64,000 nt of DNA from Candidatus Hydrogenedentota bacterium (lineage in GTDB: Bacteria > Hydrogenedentota > Hydrogenedentia > Hydrogenedentales > SLHB01): NCBI GenBank assembly GCA_045863335.1, contig BTVY01000019.1:32001-96000 (forward strand), written 5' to 3'. This document shows positions 56,125 through 64,000 of the stretch, one piece after another; position 1 is the stretch's first letter; each line of letters opens with the position of its first letter. Position numbers and translations under genes: made by a program. Under the pieces are notes generated by a model. That model was given only the letters and a program-made list of their open reading frames with translations, did not search any database and had not been told where the DNA came from.

Positions 56125-57248
56125 ACGGAACGCTCATCGTGGGCGCGGGGCCCGCCGGCCTCGCTCTGGGCGCTTGTTTGCGCCGGCTAAACCATCCGTT
56201 CACGATTCTGGAACGGGGCGACGCGCCGGGCGCTTCGTGGCGCAACCATTACGAACGCCTTCACCTGCACACGGTAAAGCAGCATTCGGGTTTGCCGCAC
56301 TTGCCCTTTCCGGAGCACGTGGATCAGTATCCATCGCGCCAGGACGTGGTGGATTATCTTGACGCTTATTCGCGGCATTTCGAGTTGAACCCGCGCTGTG
56401 GTGAGGAAGTACAATCGATCCGGCGCGATGGCGATTTGTGGCATACCACGACGTCCGGCGGGTCATACATTTCCGGGCAGGTTGTCATCGCGGCGGGTTA
56501 CAACCGGCATCCCTACATTCCTCCGTTTGCCGGGATAGAAGACTTCGGCGGTGATGTCGTTCACAGCCGCGAGTACCGGAACGGCAGTGCGTACCGCGGC
56601 AAGCGCGTGCTGGTCGTCGGATTCGGCAACACGGGCGGCGAGATCGCCATCGACCTTCACGAGCATGGCGCCGCGTCGATCGCGGTCTGTGTGCGGACCC
56701 CCGTCCACGTCATCCCCCGCGAGTTTCTCGGCACGCCGACGCAGATCTCCGGGATTATGTTGAGTAAGCTTCCCACGTTCCTGTCGGACTTCATCAGCTC
56801 CACCGTCGCGCGCATCGCCGTGGGCGATCTGTCGCAGTATGGCATTCATCGTCCGAAGATCAGTCCCGCGGCGCAGATCAACCGGTACGGACGCGTTCCC
56901 CTGATCGACATCGGGACCATCGATCTGGTTAAGCGCGGCATCGTCCGAATCGTCCCCGGAATCAACGCATTCACTGCGGCCGGCGCGTCGTTCGTGGATG
57001 GCACGACGCTGGAGTTCGACTCCGTTATCCTCGCCACCGGGTATCGTCCTGCTCTGGACGAGTTTCTCGAAGACGCCGCGGCGGTCACGGACCCGCACGG
57101 ATTCCCGATTCCGCGCGCGGGCGCGTCGGCCTTGGCGGGATTGTATTTTCTGGGATACACCAATCCGTCGACCGGTCTGCTTCGACAAATCGCCATCGAC
57201 GCGCAGCGTGTCGCGAATGAGATTGCTGCCGTTCCGGTTGCTCGCTGA
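56103..57248 (+). CDS. Flavin-containing monooxygenase (class B, YUCCA-like)
   Basis: GAGPAG, FGGDVVHSREY, GFGNTG, ATGY; start MAHEQR lies within the 55074 ORF. Confidence 0.88.
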   Translation: MAHEQRVDGTLIVGAGPAGLALGACLRRLNHPFTILERGDAPGASWRNHYERLHLHTVKQHSGLPHLPFPEHVDQYPSRQDVVDYLDAYSRHFELNPRCGEEVQSIRRDGDLWHTTTSGGSYISGQVVIAAGYNRHPYIPPFAGIEDFGGDVVHSREYRNGSAYRGKRVLVVGFGNTGGEIAIDLHEHGAASIAVCVRTPVHVIPREFLGTPTQISGIMLSKLPTFLSDFISSTVARIAVGDLSQYGIHRPKISPAAQINRYGRVPLIDIGTIDLVKRGIVRIVPGINAFTAAGASFVDGTTLEFDSVILATGYRPALDEFLEDAAAVTDPHGFPIPRAGASALAGLYFLGYTNPSTGLLRQIAIDAQRVANEIAAVPVAR

Positions 57249-57290
57249 TCGCCACTGGGTTCAAGTCTGGCGGAACCACGACCCATTCTC

Positions 57291-57385
57291 GAAATCGGGA
57301 TCGCTATCGGTATCGGGATCGAAATCCAGATCGGGATTAACTCACGTCACCCACCTCGATCCCGATAGCAATCGCGAACCCGATT
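57291..57385. repeat. Inverted pair of 6-mer tandem repeats (ATCGGG/CCCGAT)
   Basis: AAATCGGGATCGCTATCGGTATCGGGATCGA ... TCGATCCCGATAGCAATCGCGAACCCGATT. Confidence 0.7.
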
Positions 57386-57484
57386 ACAGGAACGGCGGAA
57401 TAGGCGCGTGCCGTCGCGAGGTTTCAAGGGATAGGGCTGCACTCCAACTTCAATCTCACCCAAACCAGAAATCGGGAGGATCCC

Positions 57485-58012
57485 ATGGCCAAATCTTCCA
57501 AAGGACTTGCCGTCGTGTTGGCGGAGAACATGTACGAGAACCTCGAACTGCACTATCCGAAGCTTCGTCTCGAAGAAGCGGGCTACGAGGTCAAGGTCGT
57601 CGGACCCGAGAAGGGCGCGTCCTACGGCTCGAAAGAAGGCTATCCCGCCGTCGCGGATTGCACCTTCAGCGACGTGGAACCGAGTGCCGTGAGAGTGCTC
57701 GTCGTCCCGGGCGGTTTCGCGCCGGACAAGTTGCGCCGCTATCGCGAGTGCAACGAGTTTGTCGCGGCCTGCTGGAAGGCGGGCGCGGTTGTCGGGGCAA
57801 TCTGTCATGCGGGTTGGGTGCCCATCAGCGCCAAGATCGTGAAGGGCGTGCGCATGACGAGCGTCAGCGCCATCAAGGACGATCTGGAAAATGCGGGGGC
57901 GACATGGGTCGACGAACGCTGTGTCGTGGACGGTAGATTCGTCTCCGCGCAGATTCCTCGCGACCTGCCCGCGTTCATGAAAGCGATCCTTGAAGTGGCG
58001 GAAGGGAACTGA
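57485..58012 (+). CDS. pfpI: PfpI/DJ-1 family type 1 glutamine amidotransferase-like protein
   Basis: YENLELHYP, PGGFAPDKLR, AICHAGW; GGAGG RBS. Confidence 0.88.
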   Translation: MAKSSKGLAVVLAENMYENLELHYPKLRLEEAGYEVKVVGPEKGASYGSKEGYPAVADCTFSDVEPSAVRVLVVPGGFAPDKLRRYRECNEFVAACWKAGAVVGAICHAGWVPISAKIVKGVRMTSVSAIKDDLENAGATWVDERCVVDGRFVSAQIPRDLPAFMKAILEVAEGN

Positions 58013-58063
58013 GCGCAACTTTCCGCAACTACGGGTACATTCTATGGGACGGTCCAGACCTCA

Positions 58064-58230
58064 AAGAACATCCCCCTTGATCCCCCTTCAAAGGGGGAGT
58101 GTGCGCGAGACGCAGACTATCTAGATCCTTATCGTTCCCGCCACGAAACCGAGCCGTTTGGCCGTACCCAACGCAACACGAAGTGTTGCGAGAATTCCCC
58201 CTTTGAAGGGGGATTGAGGGGGATGTTCTT
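58064..58230. repeat. Inverted-repeat element (CCCCCTT...AAGGGGG family), copy 2
   Basis: AAGAACATCCCCCTTGATCCCCCTTCAAAGGGGGAG ... TTCCCCCTTTGAAGGGGGATTGAGGGGGATGTTCTT. Confidence 0.85.
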
Positions 58231-58343
58231 CGAGGCAGGGCAGACATCTGGTGTGTTTTTTACTGCGTTGACGTGAATTCAGCAAGTTGTCGCGTTGACT
58301 TGGTTGACTGAGGCGGCGAGGCTGGACCACACTTACGGCCACC

Positions 58344-60425
58344 ATGCCGAAATTCACCCGGGATACTCTCATCAATGCCGCGATCGCTGCCGCAATCGTA
58401 GCAGCGACACTTGCCGTGTACTGGCAGGTCAACGCGTTTGGTTTCCTGAACGACGGCGACACTGTCAACATCACCGAGAACCCTTACGTCGCGCGCGGCG
58501 TCACGCGGGACGGTATTGTCGCCGCTTTCACGAAACCACAGGGCGGGGGATGGAGTCCCGTCGCCACGTTGACGCATATGATCGATGTGGATATCTTCGG
58601 GCTCGATCCGGGGCCGCCGCATGTCATCAATGTCATCTTTCACTGCTCGAACACGGTGGTTCTCTTCCTGCTGCTCTTCACAATGACGCGCGCGCGATGG
58701 CCGAGCGCGTTCGTTGCGGCGCTGTTCGCGTTACACCCGCTCCACGTGGAACCTGTGGCGTGGCTGTCGGGCCGTAAAGACGTGCTCAGCATGCACTTCA
58801 TGCTGATGACCATCCGGTTTTACCTGCGCTATGTCGAGAAGCCGAACTGGAAGACCTCCGGCCTCGTCATCGTGCATTTCCTGGCGGCGTTGCTGTCCAA
58901 GCCCATGGTTGTGACGCTGCCGGTGCTGCTTCTGCTGCTCGACTACTGGCCCTTGGGCCGACTCGATGCGACTCCCGTGCTCGCGGAAAAGAAACGCGTG
59001 GCGCTCCGGCTGATGCGCGAGAAGATTCCGCTGTTGCTGTGCTCCATCGTGGTGTCCGTGATTACGGTCATCGTTCAACGGGCGGGCGGGACGGTGCGCA
59101 GCTTCGACGAGTACTCCTGGTACGAGCGCATGGGGAACGCGCTGGTGTCGTACGTGACGTATGTGTGGGTCACGCTGTGGCCGGTGAACCTCGCGCCGCA
59201 CTATCCTCATCCAGGCGCGTTGCCGGTGTGGATGGTGCTCGGCGCGGCCGCGCTGCTCCTCGCGATCACGGCGGCGGCCTTGTTGCGCATGGGGAAGAGT
59301 CCGTACCTCATAACGGGGTGGGGATGGTGGCTGGTTTCGCTGTTCCCGGTCATCGGCATCATCCCGATCGGCAGCTTTGCCCGGGCGGACCGGTTCACCT
59401 ACATGCCCCACATCGGCCTGTTCATCGTCTTTGCGTGGGGCATTAATGAACTGACACGGCGCGTGCCCCAGCGCAAACTGTTGATCGCCGCGTGCGCGGT
59501 CGTCCTGTTCATTCCGATGACCGTCGCGACTTTTCACCAGGCGGCGCACTGGCGCGAAAGCATCGCCTTGTTCGAGCATGCCGTGGCCGTGTCGCCGGAG
59601 AGTTCCGTGGCGCGGAACAACCTGGGCGTGGCGTTGATGCAACGGGCGGACTCGCCCGGCGCGCAGGAAGGCGATTTGGAATTGGCGGAGCAGCACTTGC
59701 GCGAAGCCATTGCCGTCGCGCCCGCCTCTGTGGATGCGCACAACAACCTCGGCATCGCCCTGCTGCTGCAAGGCGAGGACGAAGCGGCCGCGGCGCAGTT
59801 TGAACAGGCGCTGGAACTGAATCCAGACGACCCCGACGCGCTCATCAATGCGGCGAACGCGCAACTCGCCCAAGGCGATGCCGAAGCGGCCATCGAGATG
59901 TACCGCCGGGCCATCGCTGCGACGCCGTTCAACGTGAAGGCCCATTACAACCTCGGCGTCGCCCTCGCGCAGTCGGGCGATCTGGAGGACGCGGTCGCGT
60001 CATACCGTGAGGCCGTGGCGTTGCAGCCGGACGATGCGAGCCTGCACGCGAGTCTGGCCAACGGGCTGCTGCAACAGGGGAAGTATCCCGAAGCCGCGAC
60101 GGAGGCTCTGGAAGCGGTGAAGCGAGACCCTGACGACGCCTTCGCGCACTACAATCTGGGCATGGCGCAGTACCTCATGAACCGGATCGACGAGGCGATT
60201 GCGAGCTTTCGCAGGGCCGTAGCGCTAGAGCCGGATTTCCTGGACGCCCACTTGAATCTTGCGGGGGCGTTCACGCATGCGAAACAGTGGGACGAAGCGA
60301 AACGCCATTTTGAAGCGGCGCTTCGCATCGATCCCGGCAATCCCCAGGCCGCGGAGTCCTTGCAGTCCATCGCCGATATGGCCGCGCAAGACGCGGAGGG
60401 GCAATCGCCGAAAGAGGGGTCGTGA
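58344..60425 (+). CDS. TMTC-like membrane protein with TPR repeats (paralog of 20835-22544)
   Basis: HPLHVEPVAWLSGRKD, SKPMVVTLP, LLDYWPL, ADRFTY; about 7-8 TPRs. Confidence 0.85.
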   Translation: MPKFTRDTLINAAIAAAIVAATLAVYWQVNAFGFLNDGDTVNITENPYVARGVTRDGIVAAFTKPQGGGWSPVATLTHMIDVDIFGLDPGPPHVINVIFHCSNTVVLFLLLFTMTRARWPSAFVAALFALHPLHVEPVAWLSGRKDVLSMHFMLMTIRFYLRYVEKPNWKTSGLVIVHFLAALLSKPMVVTLPVLLLLLDYWPLGRLDATPVLAEKKRVALRLMREKIPLLLCSIVVSVITVIVQRAGGTVRSFDEYSWYERMGNALVSYVTYVWVTLWPVNLAPHYPHPGALPVWMVLGAAALLLAITAAALLRMGKSPYLITGWGWWLVSLFPVIGIIPIGSFARADRFTYMPHIGLFIVFAWGINELTRRVPQRKLLIAACAVVLFIPMTVATFHQAAHWRESIALFEHAVAVSPESSVARNNLGVALMQRADSPGAQEGDLELAEQHLREAIAVAPASVDAHNNLGIALLLQGEDEAAAAQFEQALELNPDDPDALINAANAQLAQGDAEAAIEMYRRAIAATPFNVKAHYNLGVALAQSGDLEDAVASYREAVALQPDDASLHASLANGLLQQGKYPEAATEALEAVKRDPDDAFAHYNLGMAQYLMNRIDEAIASFRRAVALEPDFLDAHLNLAGAFTHAKQWDEAKRHFEAALRIDPGNPQAAESLQSIADMAAQDAEGQSPKEGS

Positions 60426-60429
60426 CACG

Positions 60430-62130
60430 ATGGATCGGAACCGTGAAGCATTGGGTGTTCAAGGAGAACAGGCGTCCCGCCTGTTTCCCCAACATCAAAG
60501 AAAGCAGGCGGGACGCCTACTCTCCTTGGGATCACGAAAGCAGGCGAGACGCCTGCGCTACATTCAGGTCGCCATCCTGCTGATTCTCACCGCAGTGTCC
60601 GTGTCCTGCCCACGGCCTTCCGGACCGTGGCGGAGCGAATTGTATCCGGTTGATTGGACGCCGGAAGCAACTTATGCGGGGGGACGTTTCCTTCACGATT
60701 TTTCCTACGCGGGCTACCATTACGGCGAAGACCCATTGCCGGATGCGAAGATAGGGCCGCCCGTATTTGATGTGGCGACGGCCTACGGCGCGGACAACAC
60801 GGGCGTAGCGGACGCGACCACGGCGATTCAGAATGCGATCGACGCGGCCGAGGTGGCGGGCGGCGTCGTTTACTTGCCGGCGGGGCTTTACCGGTGCGAT
60901 GGCGTGTTGCGCGTGGACGAGCCCGGCGTCACGATTCGCGGCGACGGGGCGGACGCGACGAAGCTGTATTTCACCAAGTCCCAGGACATGGCCTACAAGA
61001 GCCACATCACCTTCCAGGGGTCCGTGTCGCGCGGACCGGAAATTCCCCTCGCGGTGGATGGGGAGAACCGCGCCTTCGACGTGTTCGTGAACGATGCGTC
61101 GTCGTTAAGCCCCGGCGATGAGGTCAGCCTCGGCTGGGTCATCACCGACGATTTCGTGGCGGAGCACGGCATGACCGGCACGTGGCAAGCCTTTAATGGC
61201 AACTGGCAGGCCATCTTCCGGCGCACGGTGGTGGCGGTCGATACCGCCGCGAACCCGGATCGCGTCACGCTGGACGTGCCCCTGCGGTATCCGGCGCTCG
61301 TGCGCGATGGGGCGAGTCTGCGTAAGGAAAGCGGGTATCTCAGCGAATGCGGCGTCGAAGACCTCGCGTTGGCGAACGCGGTCGATTGGGACGACGCGTG
61401 GGACATCTATCAGGTGCATATCCTGTTGTTTTCCGGCGTGAAAGATTGCTGGGTGCGCGGCGTGGATTCCTTTGCGTCACCTTATCCTCCCGCCGACGGC
61501 TACCACCTTCAGAGCTGCGGTATCGAAGTCGTGAATTCCAAGCGCGTAACCGTGGCGGATAGCGTGATGCAGACCGCGCAGAACCGGGGCGGCGGCGGAT
61601 GCGGATACCTCTTCGAGATCTCGCAGTCCAACGAGGTGCTCATCCGCGATTGTGCGGGCCTCGACGGGCGGCACAACTTCATTCAGAACTGGGGATTCGG
61701 CACGACAGGCTGCGTCTTTCTCCGGTGCTACAGCGCGGGCAGCACGAACCTCGCGTACCGCAATCTGCCCGTGGGCCTGCCCGCCAACAACGAGTACCAC
61801 CATTCCCTCGCCATGGCGAACCTCGTCGATCAGTGCACCCTCGACGACGGCTGGTACGCCGGCAACCGCAAGAACGAGAGCTCCGGCGCGGGGCATACCT
61901 CGACGCAGTGCGTGTTCTGGAACACGGACGGCCGCGGCGTGTTGCGCTCCTTCCAGTACGGCACGGGCTACGTCATCGGGACCGAAAACATCCGCGTCGA
62001 CGTGAGCCTCGCCAACGGCCCCGCCCAGGGCACCGCGCCCGCCGACTACGTCGAAGGCGAAGGGCGGGGCGCGCAACTGGTCCCGGAATCGCTGTATGAA
62101 GACCAGTTGGAGGGGAGAATTGGGAATTGA
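60430..62130 (+). CDS. Lipoprotein with pectate-lyase-like (GH55-like) beta-helix
   Basis: AVSVSC lipobox-like; DFSYAGY, YGADNTGVADATTAIQNAID, GGVVYLPAGLY; start uncertain (ATG 60430 or TTG 60526). Confidence 0.8.
   Translation: MDRNREALGVQGEQASRLFPQHQRKQAGRLLSLGSRKQARRLRYIQVAILLILTAVSVSCPRPSGPWRSELYPVDWTPEATYAGGRFLHDFSYAGYHYGEDPLPDAKIGPPVFDVATAYGADNTGVADATTAIQNAIDAAEVAGGVVYLPAGLYRCDGVLRVDEPGVTIRGDGADATKLYFTKSQDMAYKSHITFQGSVSRGPEIPLAVDGENRAFDVFVNDASSLSPGDEVSLGWVITDDFVAEHGMTGTWQAFNGNWQAIFRRTVVAVDTAANPDRVTLDVPLRYPALVRDGASLRKESGYLSECGVEDLALANAVDWDDAWDIYQVHILLFSGVKDCWVRGVDSFASPYPPADGYHLQSCGIEVVNSKRVTVADSVMQTAQNRGGGGCGYLFEISQSNEVLIRDCAGLDGRHNFIQNWGFGTTGCVFLRCYSAGSTNLAYRNLPVGLPANNEYHHSLAMANLVDQCTLDDGWYAGNRKNESSGAGHTSTQCVFWNTDGRGVLRSFQYGTGYVIGTENIRVDVSLANGPAQGTAPADYVEGEGRGAQLVPESLYEDQLEGRIGN
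60463..60561. repeat. Three REP-like palindromes (CAGGCG...CGCCTG)
   Basis: ACAGGCGTCCCGCCTGT, GCAGGCGGGACGCCTAC, GCAGGCGAGACGCCTGCGCTAC (reads GTAG on the minus strand). Confidence 0.75.
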
Positions 62131-62413
62131 GAATTGGGAATTAAGAATTAAGAATTAAGAATTGGGGACTAAGAACTACGAATTAAGAATTGTGAATTAA
62201 GAATTGACTGTCCCTGTCTTTTCAGGAGTGGAGATCTTCGAAAGGGTCAATCGCCATCCATTGGTGAACGAGATTCTCCCGGCTTCGCCGCTGGCGATGC
62301 CGTGTCTTATCGCCGGCGCTCCGCTGTCGATCCGAGTCCCAGTGCCCTCGCCCCCCAATCCCCAGTTCTTAATTCGTAATTCTTAATTCATAATTCTTAA
62401 CTCCCAATTTCCC
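62117..62413. repeat. Inverted pair of 7-mer tandem repeats (GAATTAA/TTAATTC)
   Basis: About 13 GAATTnn units at 62117-62206 and about 8 complementary units at 62356-62413. Confidence 0.85.
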
Positions 62414-62513
62414 ACCCCTTCCCGGTGCAACGCGCCGCGCCCACGGGGTAGCAACCTGTTACCCCAACTGCGGGCGCGTCTGCCGGCCCGCGCCCACCGC
62501 GAAAGGAAATCTC

Positions 62514-63290
62514 ATGAGAAACCGCCTCGTCTTCGCCGTTCTTCTAACCCTGTGCGTCATCGTCCTTACCGCCATCGGCGCCGCGCCTCGTTATCTCGAA
62601 GAACTCCGCATCGGCGGCGGTTACGGCGAACCCGTGGACGGCGGCGCCGACTTCGAGTCCGACGGCGACCTCCTCACCGACGGCAACCTCACCGTCGACG
62701 GCAACGCGACCATCGAACAAGACCTCTACGTCAACGGCAACGATATCCTGACTGACGGGGACCTGCTCGCATTGAATCCCGCGGGGGCAGGACACTTCTT
62801 TGTAAGTTCCAACACTGCGCAGTTTCAAAACACGGGGGGTAGATTGTGGTTTGTGAATACGCTTGGGAATACGTCCCACATTCGGTTCTACATGCCAGAC
62901 GGGATAGGTCTCAGTCAGGACTATGGGTCCATCTGGTGCGTGGCTTCCGACGTAACTGATAGTAGTGAAGACGGCTCCTTCAAGCTAGCTCTGATCCGTG
63001 ATGGAGTCTACGACTACGATGTTCTCTCGCTTGATAGCCAGGGAAACGGCCGATTCGACGGCAATGTATCTGCGAACGGCGGCACTCTTGTCGCTGGCAT
63101 CGCGGGCTCGAGACGAGGTATCGTGTCACTAACCAATGGTGCAGCGGGAACTGAGCCGGCAAGTATTGCCATTCAGTCACGCAACGGAACTACTTGGTAC
63201 TTGTTTGTCGAAGATGATGGAACGGTTCGAGTACACAATACATTGCCAAGTAGTAACGCGGATGGAAATATCGTGGGATTGCAGAACTAA
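62514..63290 (+). CDS. Secreted hypothetical protein with mosaic codon usage
   Basis: AAGGA RBS, signal peptide, Gly/Asp-rich beta repeats (DGNLTVDGNATI). Confidence 0.75.
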   Translation: MRNRLVFAVLLTLCVIVLTAIGAAPRYLEELRIGGGYGEPVDGGADFESDGDLLTDGNLTVDGNATIEQDLYVNGNDILTDGDLLALNPAGAGHFFVSSNTAQFQNTGGRLWFVNTLGNTSHIRFYMPDGIGLSQDYGSIWCVASDVTDSSEDGSFKLALIRDGVYDYDVLSLDSQGNGRFDGNVSANGGTLVAGIAGSRRGIVSLTNGAAGTEPASIAIQSRNGTTWYLFVEDDGTVRVHNTLPSSNADGNIVGLQN

Positions 63291-63357
63291 CTTTCAACAG
63301 AGAGACGGACAAATGCGTAGCCAGTTTGGTGCAACTTCGCTTTCTCGCACACGCCAA

Positions 63358-64000
63358 TTAGCGGACTTTCATTAGTCGGAAGTTGTCGAGGTTGATATGC
63401 GCCGGATAGGACCCACCCTGCATCGCAACGGCAAGAACAATAGAAGCTCGACTCTCCCCGACTGTTACAAACCGACCTGCTTTGGTGACGAACCCATCGT
63501 TGGTTTCAAAAGAAATCACTGAGGGGGTGAGTCGCACGAACTCAATGCCGCCAGCCCCGGTGTCACTAAGTTGCCAACCGGAGATGCTCACTGCATTCGC
63601 AGAAGGGTTGAAACAATCAACGAAAAGCTCATACTCACTGCCGCTCTCCAATTCGATCGGCTCTGTACGAAATCTGGCGTTGACAGAGGTAGGTCCAGGC
63701 GGATGTTCCCAAGAGACTCTGGCTGACTGTTGTCCGTTAGTAGAGAGCGTGTAGTCTCTTTCGACCCGGATCGTTTCGGGGGGATAGTCGAAACTTTCTA
63801 GTGTATCTATTGATGACCAGAGTTCGAGATTCCCATTCGGGAACTCGTTGTGCTTGTGTGCGAAGCGGGCGCGCGGATAGAACGGTAGAGGGTTTGTGGT
63901 AATCGTTGCGTACGCTGGCAACGCCTGCTCCCCAGGCCGGAGCGTCATTGGAAGTAATACAGGAAAAGCAGCTCGGTCCCGCACCGTATAGACGCCGCGA
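63358..64000 (-). CDS. C-terminal part of a protein ending in a carbohydrate-binding-like beta-sandwich (5' end outside window)
   Basis: Frame stays open to the window edge; PNGNLE...INLDNFRL ends typical of CBM4/9-like domains; lower GC. Confidence 0.6.
   Translation of the reverse strand, partial: RGVYTVRDRAAFPVLLPMTLRPGEQALPAYATITTNPLPFYPRARFAHKHNEFPNGNLELWSSIDTLESFDYPPETIRVERDYTLSTNGQQSARVSWEHPPGPTSVNARFRTEPIELESGSEYELFVDCFNPSANAVSISGWQLSDTGAGGIEFVRLTPSVISFETNDGFVTKAGRFVTVGESRASIVLAVAMQGGSYPAHINLDNFRLMKVR

Noticed and set aside
62514-64000. Prophage or diversity-generating retroelement
   Set aside because: No integrase, structural phage genes, reverse transcriptase or template/variable repeat pair is visible in the window

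Overview
A GC-rich bacterial chromosomal window with about 55 genes. The gene set (a DUF1559 pilin-like protein with an [16 protein letters not shown] motif, DUF1501, DUF1080 and TMTC-like TPR proteins) suggests Candidatus Hydrogenedentes or a PVC-like lineage; this is an inference, not a search result. Content includes a sugar ABC transporter, several GT-C-like membrane proteins, HU, a four-gene Rieske/cytochrome b/bd-like respiratory operon, a GNAT/nitrilase operon, an ECF sigma factor with its partner, nfu-phhB, a cystathionine lyase/synthase, a Cu P-type ATPase, an MFS transporter with an FMO, PfpI, and a lower-GC region at the right end. I recognised no rRNA, tRNA, CRISPR array or intact transposase. 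The most notable observation is a DUF2946/CruR-like leader ORF (signal-like N-terminus, CxxC, C-terminal RSPP arrest-type motif) directly upstream of a His-tailed DUF1559 pilin-like gene, which suggests metal-sensing ribosome-stalling control of a pilin-like protein. Other notable items are a group IIC intron 3' remnant joined to an IS-like end, a GH42-like/nitrilase fusion, a phosphoesterase lacking most metal ligands, and several families of intergenic inverted repeats. All family assignments come from motifs read by eye.
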